The notes under the pieces are model-generated. The model was given only the letters and a program-made list of their open reading frames with translations, did not search any database and was not told the origin of the DNA. Of a DNA stretch of 64,000 nt, positions 1 to 12,769 are shown one piece after another; the stretch's first letter is position 1, and each line of letters starts with the position of its first letter. The DNA is from Eukaryota sp. GEM-RC1 (taxonomy: Eukaryota), in NCBI GenBank assembly GCA_040285855.1, contig JAUFOQ010000016.1, positions 744,001 through 808,000 of the forward strand. The letters are read 5' to 3'. A program made the position numbers and the translations under genes.

Positions 1-1874
1 ACTTGACGATCTTTACAGATCATAGGAACTTGGCCTATCTAATATCAGCTCCAGAGAAGAATCGCATTGTAAAAACGATGGATTCCCATTTTATCTGAGT
101 TCGATTTTGAGATAGTGCACGTAGCTGGTAAAAACAATCAATGGGCTGACATGTTATCACGTGTTATTGACCGACGCCCAATTGAAACAATCAAATCTTT
201 GACGATATCAAACCCTTCCATCAAAAATGATATAACCCTTTGTTATGGAGACTTACGCTTTGATGATGCAGATTATTATGAGACGCTTCCACGTAGGACC
301 AACGTGCTAGCAATCAAGTGTCTTCGTGACCTCTCATTCGACAATAAACTTCCTTTATTTGATTCTTGGCTATCAACCATAAGGTTAGAACAAACTAAAG
401 CGATAGAACAAGGAGATGAACTGTTCAATGGCTCAACGTTTTGTACGAAGAGCAACATATACATCAACTCCAAGAACAAGATTTTGATTCCATCTAGCTT
501 GATAAAGAAGGTTCTTTACATGCTGCATGGCTTAGTCCAGTCAGGACATCCAAACAAGAAACAAAGTTTGGACATACTGTGCAATAGTGGGTACTTTTGG
601 CCAAGTATGAAAGCCGACATGAAGAAACATGTCGAGCAATGCCCTGCGTGTCAGAAAACGGCACCTGTCCCCAAAAGGACTATTGAATCGACGGGTTCTC
701 TATGGGCTGATAGACCTTTTGCAAGACTCAATGTCGATACAATTGGTCCACTTCCAAAAGATCAGAGTGGAAACCAATACCTCTTGGTGTTTGTAGATTC
801 GTTCACCAGATACACCATTCTGAGCCCCCTCGAAGAACTCAACAGTAACGCATATCGTCTTGTGTGGGATGTGATTGCCATCTTTGGTATACCGTTGTGT
901 ATACATAGTGACAATGGTACCGAGTTTGCCAATGCTATTTTTGAGGCAGTTTGTAACCTACTGGCGATTGAAGTAAGTCGTTCGATTCCTCATTTCTCCC
1001 AGAGTAATGGGCTGGTGGAACGACGTCACAGAGACGTTCTGCAGAGCCTACGTCGTCTCCTCGTGGACTTCAATGATTATGACAATTGGTTAACGTACAT
1101 TCCGACTGTACAGTTGCAAATCAACGCAACAAAGAGTTCAGTTACTGGACATACTCCCTACGAACTGATGTTCGGTAGCGATATAAGTCCTGGCGCAGAT
1201 CCTAGTAATTTACTAGATGCCGTTGAGAAATCAACAAAGAATGTTCCGTTTATTAACGACATTAAAATGAAACTAGATCGACTAACAAAAAGAGAGAAGA
1301 GGCAGAGGTTCGTCAATCAAATCTCAAGCCTAAGAAGAAACGTGAATCTAGTCAATCATTTAAGATTGGTGATCTTGTGTTAAAAGTCGCCAAAACTAGT
1401 AAACTCCATGGTAATTACACTGGACCATTTCTAGTAGTATCAGTTGATTCGAAATCTTCTGTATCTTTAAAGAATCTGATCACTGGTCATGTTGGCAAGA
1501 CCAGCATCCATCAATGTAAGATCTTTCAATCAGATCTACCAGCTGATCACGATCTCCACAGAGCAATTGCTTCAGGTGATTCTGAAGAACACATCGTTGT
1601 AAGGATCCTTGACAGGTTCAATACTCCTGATGGTGAACACTGTACGGTCCTCTGGTTTGGTGGTGACACTTCATCAGTTCCCACCAAGGACATCAAGAAC
1701 ACCAAGGCCTACAGTGATTTTTGTAAATTAGAAAATGTAGATTTATTTCATAGTAGTAACAAGAAGCCTAAGCTCAAACGCACCTCGAGTAGTAAGAGTA
1801 ATCCTAAGTCACCCTCTAACGTAAAGACACCTGTGGCTAAGAGAACAAGGAGCTCGAAAGAGGAGAAGATGTAG
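1..1874 (+). pseudogene. pol C-terminus (RNase H - integrase - GPY/F-like - chromodomain-like), frameshifted at ~75 and ~1290
   Basis: ORFs 115-1383 and 1377-1874 join; YTGPFLVV (GPY/F-like) and EEHIVVRILDRF...TVLWFGG (chromo-like). Confidence 0.8.
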
Positions 1875-1955
1875 TGTTAGCCAAAGGTAATTGTATAGTA
1901 TCAAGTAGGATTATTTCACTTTATAAACACCTTTATCTTACCTCTTTCACCAACA
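1870..1955 (+). repeat. Candidate 3' LTR (~86 bp)
   Basis: Begins TG directly after the PPT and ends CA with an imperfect terminal inverted repeat; the 5' LTR is outside the window. Confidence 0.5.
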
Positions 1956-3285
1956 GGTATCAGTACGTCCGTACGTACGGTACAATACGGTACGGTACGC
2001 CTAAAATTGCTGCGGTACGGAACATTTGCGTTCCATGCACCTAATACACCCGATTTTGTAACATCTTAACATTAACAGTTTCAGTCATCCAGTTGTAGCT
2101 CATTAAATAGGTAGGTGAGGTAGAGGTTCGCTCTGGTCTATTGCCTAGGTGCCTATACCACAGTCAAGGTTCATATGGTTCGAGTGTGATCAACCGGTTT
2201 TTGAATTATATCCCCAAAACATTTGAAATTACCATTGGATTCAACGAGAATAGTGTCTTGCAGTCATTTTGGTATGTAATAAAAGCATTCGTTCTGTCAA
2301 CCATTCGTTCTGGAGTAAATCATGTTGGAGTTTTCCCTGTTTTAGATTGTAGAGGGCGAGAATATAACATATATAGATTGCTTTTTACTGCATCAAAATA
2401 GATCGGTCTGGGAAGATATTACAACAAACAGTATACTTTCATAAAATATATACATGTAATGGAAGAACCCAATTTGAAATCAAATAGATAAAGTACAGTG
2501 CATTGTACCATTGTAAATTGTATTTATAAATGTTTGAAAATAGATTAAAGTTATCAAAGAGAGAAACTCTTCACTTGAACTCTCAAACAAAAGTTTAGCC
2601 GAAAACTCATACTGTTATAGTCACAGCAAGGAAAGTGATTTTCTCCCTCCCAATTAGTCGCATTAAGTGAGCCGACATCTTCTTAGCAAATGGTGAATAG
2701 TCTCCAAAACTGTAAACATCAATCTGCTAAGTCAATAAGCTTGATTGAAAGTTGTTCGGCAAAGCTGTTTACAATGTGAAATTCTATATATAACATAGGT
2801 CCTTTTAGTCCTTTTTTTCTTTGTCTGTTATATCCTATTCAAAGCAGATCAGAAGTACTGCAGCCAAATGTTCATGAATTTACTGATCCTCAATTGACAA
2901 CAACTGCAGTATGATTCTCTCTAAATGAACATTGAGCACAAGACAGCCATTGTCGACATGCGTTTGACTGTCAAAACAGGAATCCCGACAACCGATCTGA
3001 ATCAGTCATGTAATCAGAAAACTGCAATTTGGGGTCACCATATTATCATCTGACTTTGTTACTGTTTTGGAATGAATGAAGATCATCCAAAAAATGAGTG
3101 ATAGAGAAGTTTAAATGTTATTTCGTGAGTGTATGAATCTAGCAGATACCACTGTTCACAGGTGTCTTTTATCGTAATGTAATCATTTTGGGGAGTACGA
3201 GTTCTATGGAGGGGCCAATCTTAGATGTTTAAACTTTAGTCCAGACCAAGCTCCTGAAACTAATGTGATGTTGTACAAGACACTC

Positions 3286-5809
3286 TTATCGCAATATCGT
3301 GGTACTCAAACTTCTAACAGAATACACTTCATAATCCACTACTTTAAAGAATGTCTCTCCCACGAGTTCACACTTCTTCAATTTAAAAATGACGTGGACT
3401 GCTTCTAGAAAAGAATTGGTATTACAATTATCGCTCAGTCTCAGATCTCTACCATCACCAAACCTAGGGCCACTCTTAGGATGGTAAATGATTGCCTTGG
3501 AAACGTGATTGGGTTTCTGTTTGATAGGAAACACCTTTGGACCTTGGCCATTGAAGGAAAACAAACGAAAGAGAAAACAGGATTTTGAAGTAGTAATTGG
3601 GTTGCCTGGAACTAGAGGTTCAGGTGAATAGGCTCCAGCTACAGAACCTTTTTCAGTTTTGAAAATCAACATGATATTTGGAATATTGTCACACTTTGAA
3701 TGGAAATCAGACGCCCTGAATCCATCACGTGAAGCTCTAAAATGAGTTTGGGATCTGATTCAAAACAAAAGAGATCAACCAAAGAAAAAGAGCATTTGGT
3801 AAGGATTTTTGACTCAGAAAAAGACTTTAGAGATGTATTGTCGAGGTAAGTCTTGTACGAAGAATTATGAGTAAAAGACATCACAATATCTTTCAAATAT
3901 TTGAAATCATTTCGCAAGGTTGAAATTTCCGATTGAAGTCGTTCAACTGTTCTGTTTGATCCTGAGATTAGTCTAGGTATCAATTGCATTGAATTAAACT
4001 TGAAAATCACTTGTTCATAATCAGGGAGTGACATTAAAGGAACCAGGTAAGAGTAAAGTAGCTCTGGATTGAAGTCTGATAAGTTTAAACTATTTAAAAT
4101 TTCAGAAAACAATTCAACTGACCAATCAGATCGATTACAAGATTTGACAACAGTCTTGATAAGCCAGTCATTAAGAGTGAGGTGGGTAACTAAAACTTTA
4201 GATAATTGTGGTGATAGAGATAATGGTATGTCATCTGAAGGAATAGTTTTAAATAATGGAATAAACGGAGAAACATCGACTATTTTAAACTTCTCACATT
4301 GTTCCAGTAACCAAGTAACTAATTCACCAGATCTATTCAGAATAGCAGGATCAGCTTCAGACATGATTGTCCTAAAGTAATCAAATAGAATTCTATCAAA
4401 TGGAGAAACATGAAGAACAGGTCTTAGAATATTAAAATATTCAGAAAGACGTTTACTGTCATTGCATATTAAGTTTAGAAGACTGGAGAAATGTTCCACA
4501 ACTTCTTCCTCAGCACTATCAACTTCGAGAAGAGCTACAAAACACTTCAATAACCAGAACTTATTAACAGATTCTATGAGAATCTTGACAGTAGGAAAAT
4601 GAAGAGGAAAAACTTCAGCTTTGGTAAAATCAAGATCACAGAAGAATTTTGAAATTTGGGGTAAAAGAGGGTGTCATTAAACTTGTCACAAGTTTTGACC
4701 AGTTGGATTAACCAACTTTGATCAGGATGAAAGGAATTAAGAAGAAATTCTGAAACTAAACGCTTTCCCTCTTCAAATTGAAAATATGTTGACAAATGGA
4801 AAATATCATAAACACTCGTAGAATCGATTTCAAATGATTGCAAATAGAAAACATTAAAAAACTGAACAAAATTATCTCCTGAACACCATAACTTCGACGA
4901 AAAATCAAATTCTCTCTCACTAGAATCTTTCCAATCGTGGGACCACAGATTTTTAAAAAAGTCTGAAAACATTGAAAGAACAATCACGTCAGAATCAATC
5001 ACGACATCTTTGTACTTGAGTTTAACAGAATTCAAGTGACTTCTTTTCATAGCTGATGCAACATCATTAACTTCCAGCTGGAAGAGAAACTCATTGGTTC
5101 TAGTTGATTTTAACTGCTTGCATCCAGTCAGAAGCTTTTCATAGTTAAGCTTCTTTGCAAAGGCCATGACATCAAAAAAGTTATCCATTGTTATCACAAG
5201 TGGGGAGAGGTAGAAGGTGTTGATTATTGGAAGGAAAAGGGAAGAATCTATCCCAAAGTCGTCCATGAAGTTACACTCCAGCTCTTCCACTTTAAGAGGG
5301 TCAACAGAGTCAAAAAGAGATGAGGAAGAACTTAAAACTAGATGATGGCAGTCGAAGACGATATCGTTATGTACAACACGCAGATCGCAACAAAACCGAG
5401 ATTCTTTTAGTCTTAGTAGATGTTTCCGGAAAGTTTCAATGTTGATAAGTAGAGTATCTGAAGTATGTGATTGACAAGATGGGACATCGAATGTCTCAGT
5501 GACTTTTTCGGTTGCGGCAACCTCAACCTTGACAGCTTCAAAGTGTGCCAAAAGATCGGTTTTTTGTTCGTCGGAAAGATCGGAGTATCCATAGATGAAC
5601 TCTTCTGGAGTTTCAATGGCAGTAGAGGGGACCTTATCGATACACTCAAGATGATACCATTCGAAGTTTTCCACTGGTTCCTCGCGTTTAGAAACCTTGC
5701 GCCAGACTACCTTGGCCACACGTAATACCCCCTTTTCGATCTTGTCTTTACAGTGACGACATGTTGAGGATGACCGTCTAGCAGGTTCAACTTTGAAGAG
5801 TTTAGGCAT
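3286..5809 (-). CDS. PARP-type zinc finger - BTB - BTB - TLDc protein (three ORFs joined across two frameshifts)
   Basis: VEPARRSSSTCRHCKDKIEKGVLRVAK...WYHLEC (zf-PARP); CDLRVV...CHHLVLSSSS and VLSMFSDFFKNLW (BTB); GSVAGAYS...CFLF...GPRFGDGRDL...VVDYEVY (TLDc). Confidence 0.8.
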
Positions 5810-6094
5810 TGAAGAAAATTATTGAGAATTTCATTTTCTTGCATTAGAAAAGGAAATAGATACACCATAACTTCAATTTTTACACAGCTGATCGTCAACA
5901 ACAGCTGTACTAAGTGTTCCACGGGAAACTTGTCTACAACTGAACATTGTTAAATTGTGTGCTCTGGCTGAAACATTACAAAAGGAAAGAAATTTATTAT
6001 TGTTCTGATAAATACTAATGTGTATTTCGTTAATTTTGATTCATTGCCCATAAATCCTGTCCTTCAGTAAAGAAAGCAAAAGTCAACTAAAATT

Positions 6095-6170
6095 AATTTT
6101 CAGGGTTATCAAGGTTCACCTCTTCAGTGTGCATTCTTAGACTTCTTTTCATTTATCAACCCAATAGTCC
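6095..6170 (-). repeat. Fragment homologous to the interior of the MITE at 44695-45247
   Basis: Reverse complement attgggttgata..aaagaagtctaagaatgc..gaagaggtgaacc.tgataaccctgaa matches ~45030-45097. Confidence 0.7.
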
Positions 6171-6469
6171 ATTCGATTCCAAACTGCACCAACGGTCCAA
6201 ATACTCATTTGGTCCGCCGAAAGAACTGATTGGGCCGTAAACGATGTGACTTTGGACCGGGGCTGTTTAAAAAATTTAAATAAATTATTGCACTCTGAAC
6301 AAAGTAAAACCAATAACTGCCGTATTTTACACTAAAATAAATAGTTGCCGTATTTTCAAAACAAAAATCAATAATTGCAATGATTTAAATACTTTTGTTT
6401 TGTTTCAAACGTCATCACATGAAAAGGATGCACTCAACTGTTTTTCCATCACTCACTATCACTGAAAGC

Positions 6470-6740
6470 CTCAACCTGCTCATCATTGACGTTAACAATA
6501 CGTCGTACTGTTTCCACGTTCCACAAATGTTTGTTGTAATTGAGAAACAACTGTTTCTCTAATGATGCATCGAAAGACTGTGTCTACAAAGACCGCTAGT
6601 GAGTCTAGCTTGACTGAAAAGACGTTCAACTTAATATGAAGTAGATGAGATGAACGAAAGATCCATATAAATATTTTTGAGGATGGTGCTTCTTTTCAAT
6701 AAGAGATGAGATTTAGTTCTTATTATAAGAAGCAGAACAG
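6470..6740 (-). pseudogene. hAT transposase C-terminal (dimerisation) remnant
   Basis: DLSFISSTSY*VERLFSQARL and LEKQLFLNYNKHLWNVETVRR, paralogous to 27707-28165. Confidence 0.75.
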
Positions 6741-6974
6741 TGCAACTTCTTTCATTGATGAAGTGGGTGATTTTACTATTCATTTCACTTTATCCACTAA
6801 TGAATTTACCATGAATCAGTAATTACACTAATGGTTAAACTAACTACACACAGATTAGTACCAATCGTTTAAATGATTTCTAGATCAGCAATAAATGATT
6901 GCCGTATTTCAACTAGCAAAATCAATACACGTAATTGTCGTATTAGTCTAGGTATGTTATCTAAGAAAAATTTA

Positions 6975-7580
6975 CACCGATCGTTTCAATTGGCCTCAAT
7001 GAGACTAATACCGTACGTCATTATCTCAGGTCACATATCGGAATTTGTCTTGCTGAGACTAATTTCTAGTGAGAGCCTAATTTCTAGTGAGAGTAATTAC
7101 AAATTGTCTCACTGAGACTAATTATTTCGCACTTGTATTAGTCTCACTAAATTTTCATTGAAACACTTCCCCTAATTCAAGTTACAAATCTTTTTAACAA
7201 ATAAACTCTGCCCTTGATATATCTGTGTTTCTTCACGATTTCTTGAAGATCAACGGTCAACTTATATTCATACCAAACTCCAGTCCCATCTCCAGTTGGA
7301 TCTTGGAAGAGGCTCGGAGCCTTAAAGCTACGAATGAAGCGACGACAAATGATTTAGAGTGGTGAGAGGGGAATCATATGGTTAAGTCGGTTTTAATTAG
7401 ATCCTATCAGTATAAAAGTTCTTCTAACTGTAAACTCTCATTCAATCATTTGTATTTTTGTTGCATTTTTCTCGTAAAAACAACAAAAGTATTATTTGGG
7501 AGGTCAAAATTGCAACTCTCATATCGGAATTATTCTCACCGAGACTATTTTCTAGTGAGACTAATTGGAAACAATCGGTG
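6975..7580. mobile_element. CACC-ended MITE, copy 1 (CMC/EnSpm-like or Tc1-like)
   Basis: TIRs caccgatcgtttcaatt / aattggaaacaatcggtg; subterminal gagactaat repeats; TA on both sides; collinear with 16866-17473. Confidence 0.85.
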
Positions 7581-7676
7581 TATTTTTTGGCAATAATATA
7601 TTGCCGTTATTTAAATGTATATATTATGGTATTTCACCAAATATTTTTCAGAATATTCCTTAGAATGAACATGAAC

Positions 7677-8287
7677 CATAGTACACTAAAACACGTGTTC
7701 TTCCAGTTACAACACGTTCAGAACACGTTCACACTCAACACCGTGTTGAACACCGCTACGACACCGCCACCCAACCACACAAACTTTTCCTCCGATTCTC
7801 TCTTCAAATATGTCTGACCTTAAGTGTTCGAATACATCCATTGTGCGTGAATTCGTGTAACACAGCCTTTACCATCATATCACTACTGGCCACGATTATT
7901 TCCAGGTACAATGTGAGTGTAAAGAAAAGACATTGATGTACAAGCCATACTGTTAGCCTTTTGTCCAAACCCAAATATCAGTTTAAATGTTCCTGTGAAT
8001 TGAAGCACATTTCATCTTGAATAATTGAAGACTCAGATGTAGTTTCCCACCAATGGAGAAGTATAAGTCAAAAGTCTATCAATTCCAAATCCAGAGAGTT
8101 CCTATTGGTGCTCACGAGCTTTTATGCAGTACACACTTCGTATAATTTAGACCATTTTCATACAATAGCTTGGAAACAATCAACAACGAAAAACATCGCA
8201 TCCACCCTTTCGAAATTTACAACACGTTCAGAACACGTTCACACTCAACACCGTGTTCAAACACGCCCAATTGTTTTGTGTACTATG
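7677..8287. mobile_element. Non-autonomous hAT MITE
   Basis: TIR catagtacac.aaaaca / tgttttgtgtactatg; 8-bp TSD acatgaac (7669-7676, 8288-8295); repeated aacacgttcagaacacgttcacactcaacaccgtgtt. Confidence 0.9.
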
Positions 8288-8995
8288 ACATGAACATTAT
8301 GTAGCGTTTCAAAATTTTTGTAATTTGAATTTGTGATCGACGTTTCATTTTTTAGTCATCTAGGATACGCTGTTGACGTACTCTAATGGAAGCTTTCGAA
8401 CATTCAGCAGATAATTGTACGTTCTGCAAGTTGTTACAATAATTCATGACCCAATTGTACCAAACAATAGTATACTTGATCAGAAAGATCAGCTGTCGAG
8501 TGCTGTTCTCACGTATTTCAGTCTTTTTCATCAATAAAAGGGAATTTAAGACTGATCAAAAAAATACAAACAATCCAAATACAAATACACTTCTACAGAA
8601 AAAAATACAATACATTATACAGAAAACATACATTGTACAAATAAATACTGTATTTTGTATTTTACAACTATTGGACCGAATACAGCAATCCTTAAACACT
8701 TGTACCTTTACTAGAACGCCTTTTGATGCAAAATCGGTGTGTCTTCTACAAAATAATACCTGTCTGAGTGTTTGGATATGATGAGAAGTTGATTGATGAG
8801 CAAGTTTTCATTAATGGTATTTGAGTTGCTATTGTAAATAAAAGGCGTTTCTTTTAACAGCAGATTTGAGTGATTTTAAAAAATTGGTAAAATCGGAAAC
8901 GTCAAAAATTAAATTCAGATGGCTGTATCACTAAAAGTAACTATCACTTACGACTATCTACAGTCTCCCAACATCTTACATTCTTCTTTCAACAC

Positions 8996-9487
8996 ATGTC
9001 AGACTCAGAGAAGAGTAACAAGACCCCCTTACCTTTCCATATCATCAGTATCGCATTGGTACAGAGCTTGACCGTCTTGATTCCGATACTCGACAACTTA
9101 CCATATCTACAAAACACGCTCTATCCTTTAATTGCAGCTGTGGTTAATGTATTTGCCACTCTTTATTATCGTTCCAGGCGTAATATCCCAGTGGACATGA
9201 GGATTTGGCTGTTCGTGTCCTTTAGTGGCACCTATGTATCCTGTATCAACGCCTACATTAGTATGTACCTATACATGATTGTTAGGAATCCAGGATTCAT
9301 CCATTCGTTTGTAGGTATTGTTCATATTATGGTACTGCTTTGCTGGCTGGTATCTGGTGCCTTTTTCGCCATTTGGTTACACTGTATCCTCAGTCCTACC
9401 GAAAAAGTATACAATAGAACAATTTTCTACGTACTGTTGGGGAGCTTGCATATCATTATAGGTTTCGCCTATCTAAACAGCATTTAA
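8996..9487 (+). CDS. Hypothetical small multi-pass membrane protein (163 aa)
   Basis: ATG-TAA ORF with 4-5 hydrophobic segments; no family recognised. Confidence 0.6.
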   Translation: MSDSEKSNKTPLPFHIISIALVQSLTVLIPILDNLPYLQNTLYPLIAAVVNVFATLYYRSRRNIPVDMRIWLFVSFSGTYVSCINAYISMYLYMIVRNPGFIHSFVGIVHIMVLLCWLVSGAFFAIWLHCILSPTEKVYNRTIFYVLLGSLHIIIGFAYLNSI

Positions 9488-10498
9488 TAGAAGTGTTGTC
9501 GTTTCAACGGGGTTATATATAATTAATGAACTTGTAATTTCCTTTCCTCTGTAGTCCTTCTATAATCAAGATTCAAAAATATGAGTCCAAATTCCCTTAC
9601 AGACTACTAATCTGAGATTAGTCACAACAGAGGCGTACTTTTTTAAAAAGAACTAGCCGAGACCATACTGAAGTGAATTCAAACTGTTCTTAGCTCTAAG
9701 TACATGCGTCTATAGTATACCTGACAAATACACCCACTTTGATCTGATACAATACAAAAAATACAATACAGCAAGAAATACAAAGAACTACAGATACTAT
9801 GACGTGGCAATTTCGATTCAAAAGGAAGACAATGCTACTTACAAATTTAGTAGTGTACACACAACATTTTTTCTTTTTCTTTGACACAACATTTGACACC
9901 AACTCTCTCTGCCTCTTGATATTAAAAAACTCCAGGAAGCTCCTGGAAATACAGAAAAGTACGTCTTAAAAGTAAGTAATCAAGGGAGAATATGGAGTTA
10001 CCTGATAGTAGAGAAACTTGAAGGTAAACATTTGCATTCTTTTGTATTTTAGATTTACATTTTAGATAAATTTGTTAAATTACACTTAATTTGCAGCAAT
10101 AGATTAAATTTGTTTATTCGTTTAATGTTTCTTCAATGTAATTTAGGGTTCAAATAGGTGTAGCTTATTGTAAGTTAAAAAAATCAACATTGACACTACA
10201 AGATAGCAGCCTTTCAGTTACAGTACCTAAAATGCAGAACTTATACAACATACAAAAAATACAATACAGGAAACGATTTGATACAATACAGGAAACGATT
10301 TGATACAATACAAGAAATACAATAAGACTGTATTTTTCAGGTATGACTCTATACTAGTATTCAAAGAGAAATTTCGACGTGTACATTTTGTTGTTTAACT
10401 TAACAGTGTGACTACCTTAGCACTGGTATGATGTTGACAAGAGTACAATTAGAATCACTTCAAATTGGACAACTTCTTCATTCTGAAGCCTACTAATA

Positions 10499-10503
10499 CA
10501 CCG

Positions 10504-10602
<99 letters not shown>

Positions 10603-10636
10603 AGTTTCAATCACTCTCAGTGAGACTAATACCGGT
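10499..10636. repeat. (TTG)~32 microsatellite inside a truncated CACC-MITE end
   Basis: caccgattg(ttg)n...gtttcaatcactctcagtgagactaatacc matches the MITE terminus. Confidence 0.85.
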
Positions 10637-11437
10637 TTTTAACCAGTGAAAAGGATGTAAAAGAGGGAATTGAAATATAGAAGCGGATTTATGGGCTGAG
10701 AAAATCACACCGGAAAACAAAACAAAAATATCGACTTCTAAAACCAAGTATTAACCAACTAAAATAGTAGTTTCATGTATCAGATGTTGCAACATAAGTG
10801 AGATCATACGGCAAAACGAATTAACACTACACTATACTGAAGTAGAAGACAATGATCTCAACACAGATGGGACATAGAAGCTTTGGTTAAATGTGTCTAA
10901 TTTACATTTACTATTAGATGATGTCGTAAAATTAAGTTCATCTAAAGTACACTCAAAAGATCAAAGTGTCTTAAGCGGTGGAAAAACACCATAGAAATAG
11001 ATCATCTATTATGTAACAGGGTGACTTAAAAATCGTAAAACAACTGCTCTTATTGCTGACTATTCGTGGTGAAATGTAACAAAAGTAGCAAAAGTAGTAA
11101 ATACATTGAAGCACAGTAGATGGAATTTCCAGCATCCTCGGGTGTTATCCGCCAGCTGAATGGTATGTGTATATGAGGAAGATTATATATTTGGTTGAAA
11201 TATAGAAAATATCCTCCAAGAAGATATTTCAGAAAAGTACATAATTTTATGAACTAAAATGAAACAATGATTTTTTAAAAATGTTCATAACTAAATGAAA
11301 TATTTCACTGTTGTTTGGGAGCTGATTCTTTTTATTGAAACACAGTAGGAAAAGTTGCCATATTTAATTTAGTTAATACCAGTACACTTTTTGAGTGTGC
11401 AATTATAAATTACAAAACGGAGAAACAGTCTAATAAT

Positions 11438-11590
11438 GTACAACAATTCTCTGAAGAGATTTGTTGTCCCAATCCAATTGGATATTCGTAATTGACGTAA
11501 AAGCGACCCAAATAATCGAACAGAAAACAAAAAAAACCTATCGTACTGCTCATTAAACACCACTGTCAATTAAAGTAAGTATGTTGACAA
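11438..11590. repeat. Diverged duplicate of 11891-11921 + 12616-12740 (uninterrupted copy)
   Basis: tgtacaacaattctct...cccaatccaattgga...gacccaaataatc.aacagaaaac...tgtcaatt.aagtaag shared. Confidence 0.8.
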
Positions 11591-11921
11591 ACAGATACAG
11601 ATAATTTTTGCTTCAAAAATGTGATCAAAATTATCAAACGGGAATGTTTGTCCAAGTATCGTAACACAAACGGCAAGCCAAGCAGGACGAGTACGAAAAA
11701 CCGCTTAAACATGTGAAACGTGTAATGTCCTTTTATTGCATCACTGTTGGGAACAAGTGTATTGTATTTGTTTAAATGATATCGGAATAATAGTAACTGG
11801 GAGGAAAACTTCGGACCAGCAATACTCTTGGCAAAACAGGTTCAATTGATCATTCAGAAATACTTAAAATTTGTAAATGAGAGGTTGTGATGTACAACAA
11901 TTCTCTAAAGGGGTTTTTTAT

Positions 11922-12607
11922 CAGTGATGACGGGTACCAATGGTACTCCGGGTACCATAATTTTGGGTACCATCGTGGTACCCTCTTTTCAAAAATCCAA
12001 TGTGGGTACCATGTTTTTTCAAGTTCCTTTATAAAGCCTTATATAGCATCTCAACACTACTACATGTAGTACACATCACAGTATAGAATTAACACTTTAT
12101 CACAATACAAAGTATGACACAGAATAACTAGACAATATTGTTCACGTCATCACCAAATTCGTCTAATGGATCCAGTACACGAACGAAAAATGGATCACCA
12201 TAGTCTTCTTCTTCGTTCAAATCCTCCATGTTGGCTTTTAATTCCCAGTTTGTTTGATCAGATTAATCAGCATCATCAGGTTTAGAATCTTCAAAATCAC
12301 TTTGTTCCACTGCCAGCTCATAATCTGCTTCTTCTACTCCCGTTCACACAAAATCTTGTGGTTGAAATTGTAATCAACGGCATCCATTTTGTTCTTGGCG
12401 GTGGTGGCCATTAACGCGACCTGGGGCCCTGAGGACCTGGAAAAAGAGGTAAGTTCGGTAGAGGAAAGATCCATGATGTAGGATAGGTAACAATACCAAA
12501 TTGAGACACGTGTCAGATGGTACCCTGGTGGTACCCACCATGGGATTTATCGTACCCCCGGGTACCATGGGGTATCATGAATGAAACCGCGGTACCCGTC
12601 ATCACTG
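11922..12607. mobile_element. Non-autonomous hAT element
   Basis: Perfect TIR CAGTGATGACGGGTACC; 8-bp TSD ttttttat; subterminal ggtacc repeats. Confidence 0.93.
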
Positions 12608-12769
12608 TTTTTTATCCCAATCCAATTGGACATCCTGTCGTATTTGACGTGAAATCGACCCAAATAATCTAACAGAAAACCCAAAAAGACACTCATCATA
12701 CTACTCATCATGAACACCAATGTCAATTCAAGTAAGATGAATAACAGATACAACAAAAACACTTTAAAC

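Larger units (their letters stand above)
1..1955 (+). mobile_element. Ty3/gypsy LTR retrotransposon, 3' part (RNase H end, integrase, chromo-like tail, PPT, candidate short 3' LTR)
   Basis: TDHRNL...RW...FEIVHVAGKNNQWADMLSR (RNase H end); HHCC zinc finger (H..SGH...CPAC); DTIGP/SDNGTEF/SNGLVERRH DDE integrase core; purine tract gaaagaggagaaga 1856-1869 followed by TGTAGTG...CACCAACA. Confidence 0.92.

Noticed and set aside
9711..10352. Possible MITE with aatacaa repeats and a weak IR
   Set aside because: TIR is imperfect and no TSD was found
10417..10614. Poly-Asn ORF
   Set aside because: Translation of the (TTG)n microsatellite
11640..11765. piggyBac-like Cys-rich tail (RVRKTA*TCETCNVLLLHHCW)
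   Set aside because: Too short and degenerate; no TTAA/TIR or DDD core found
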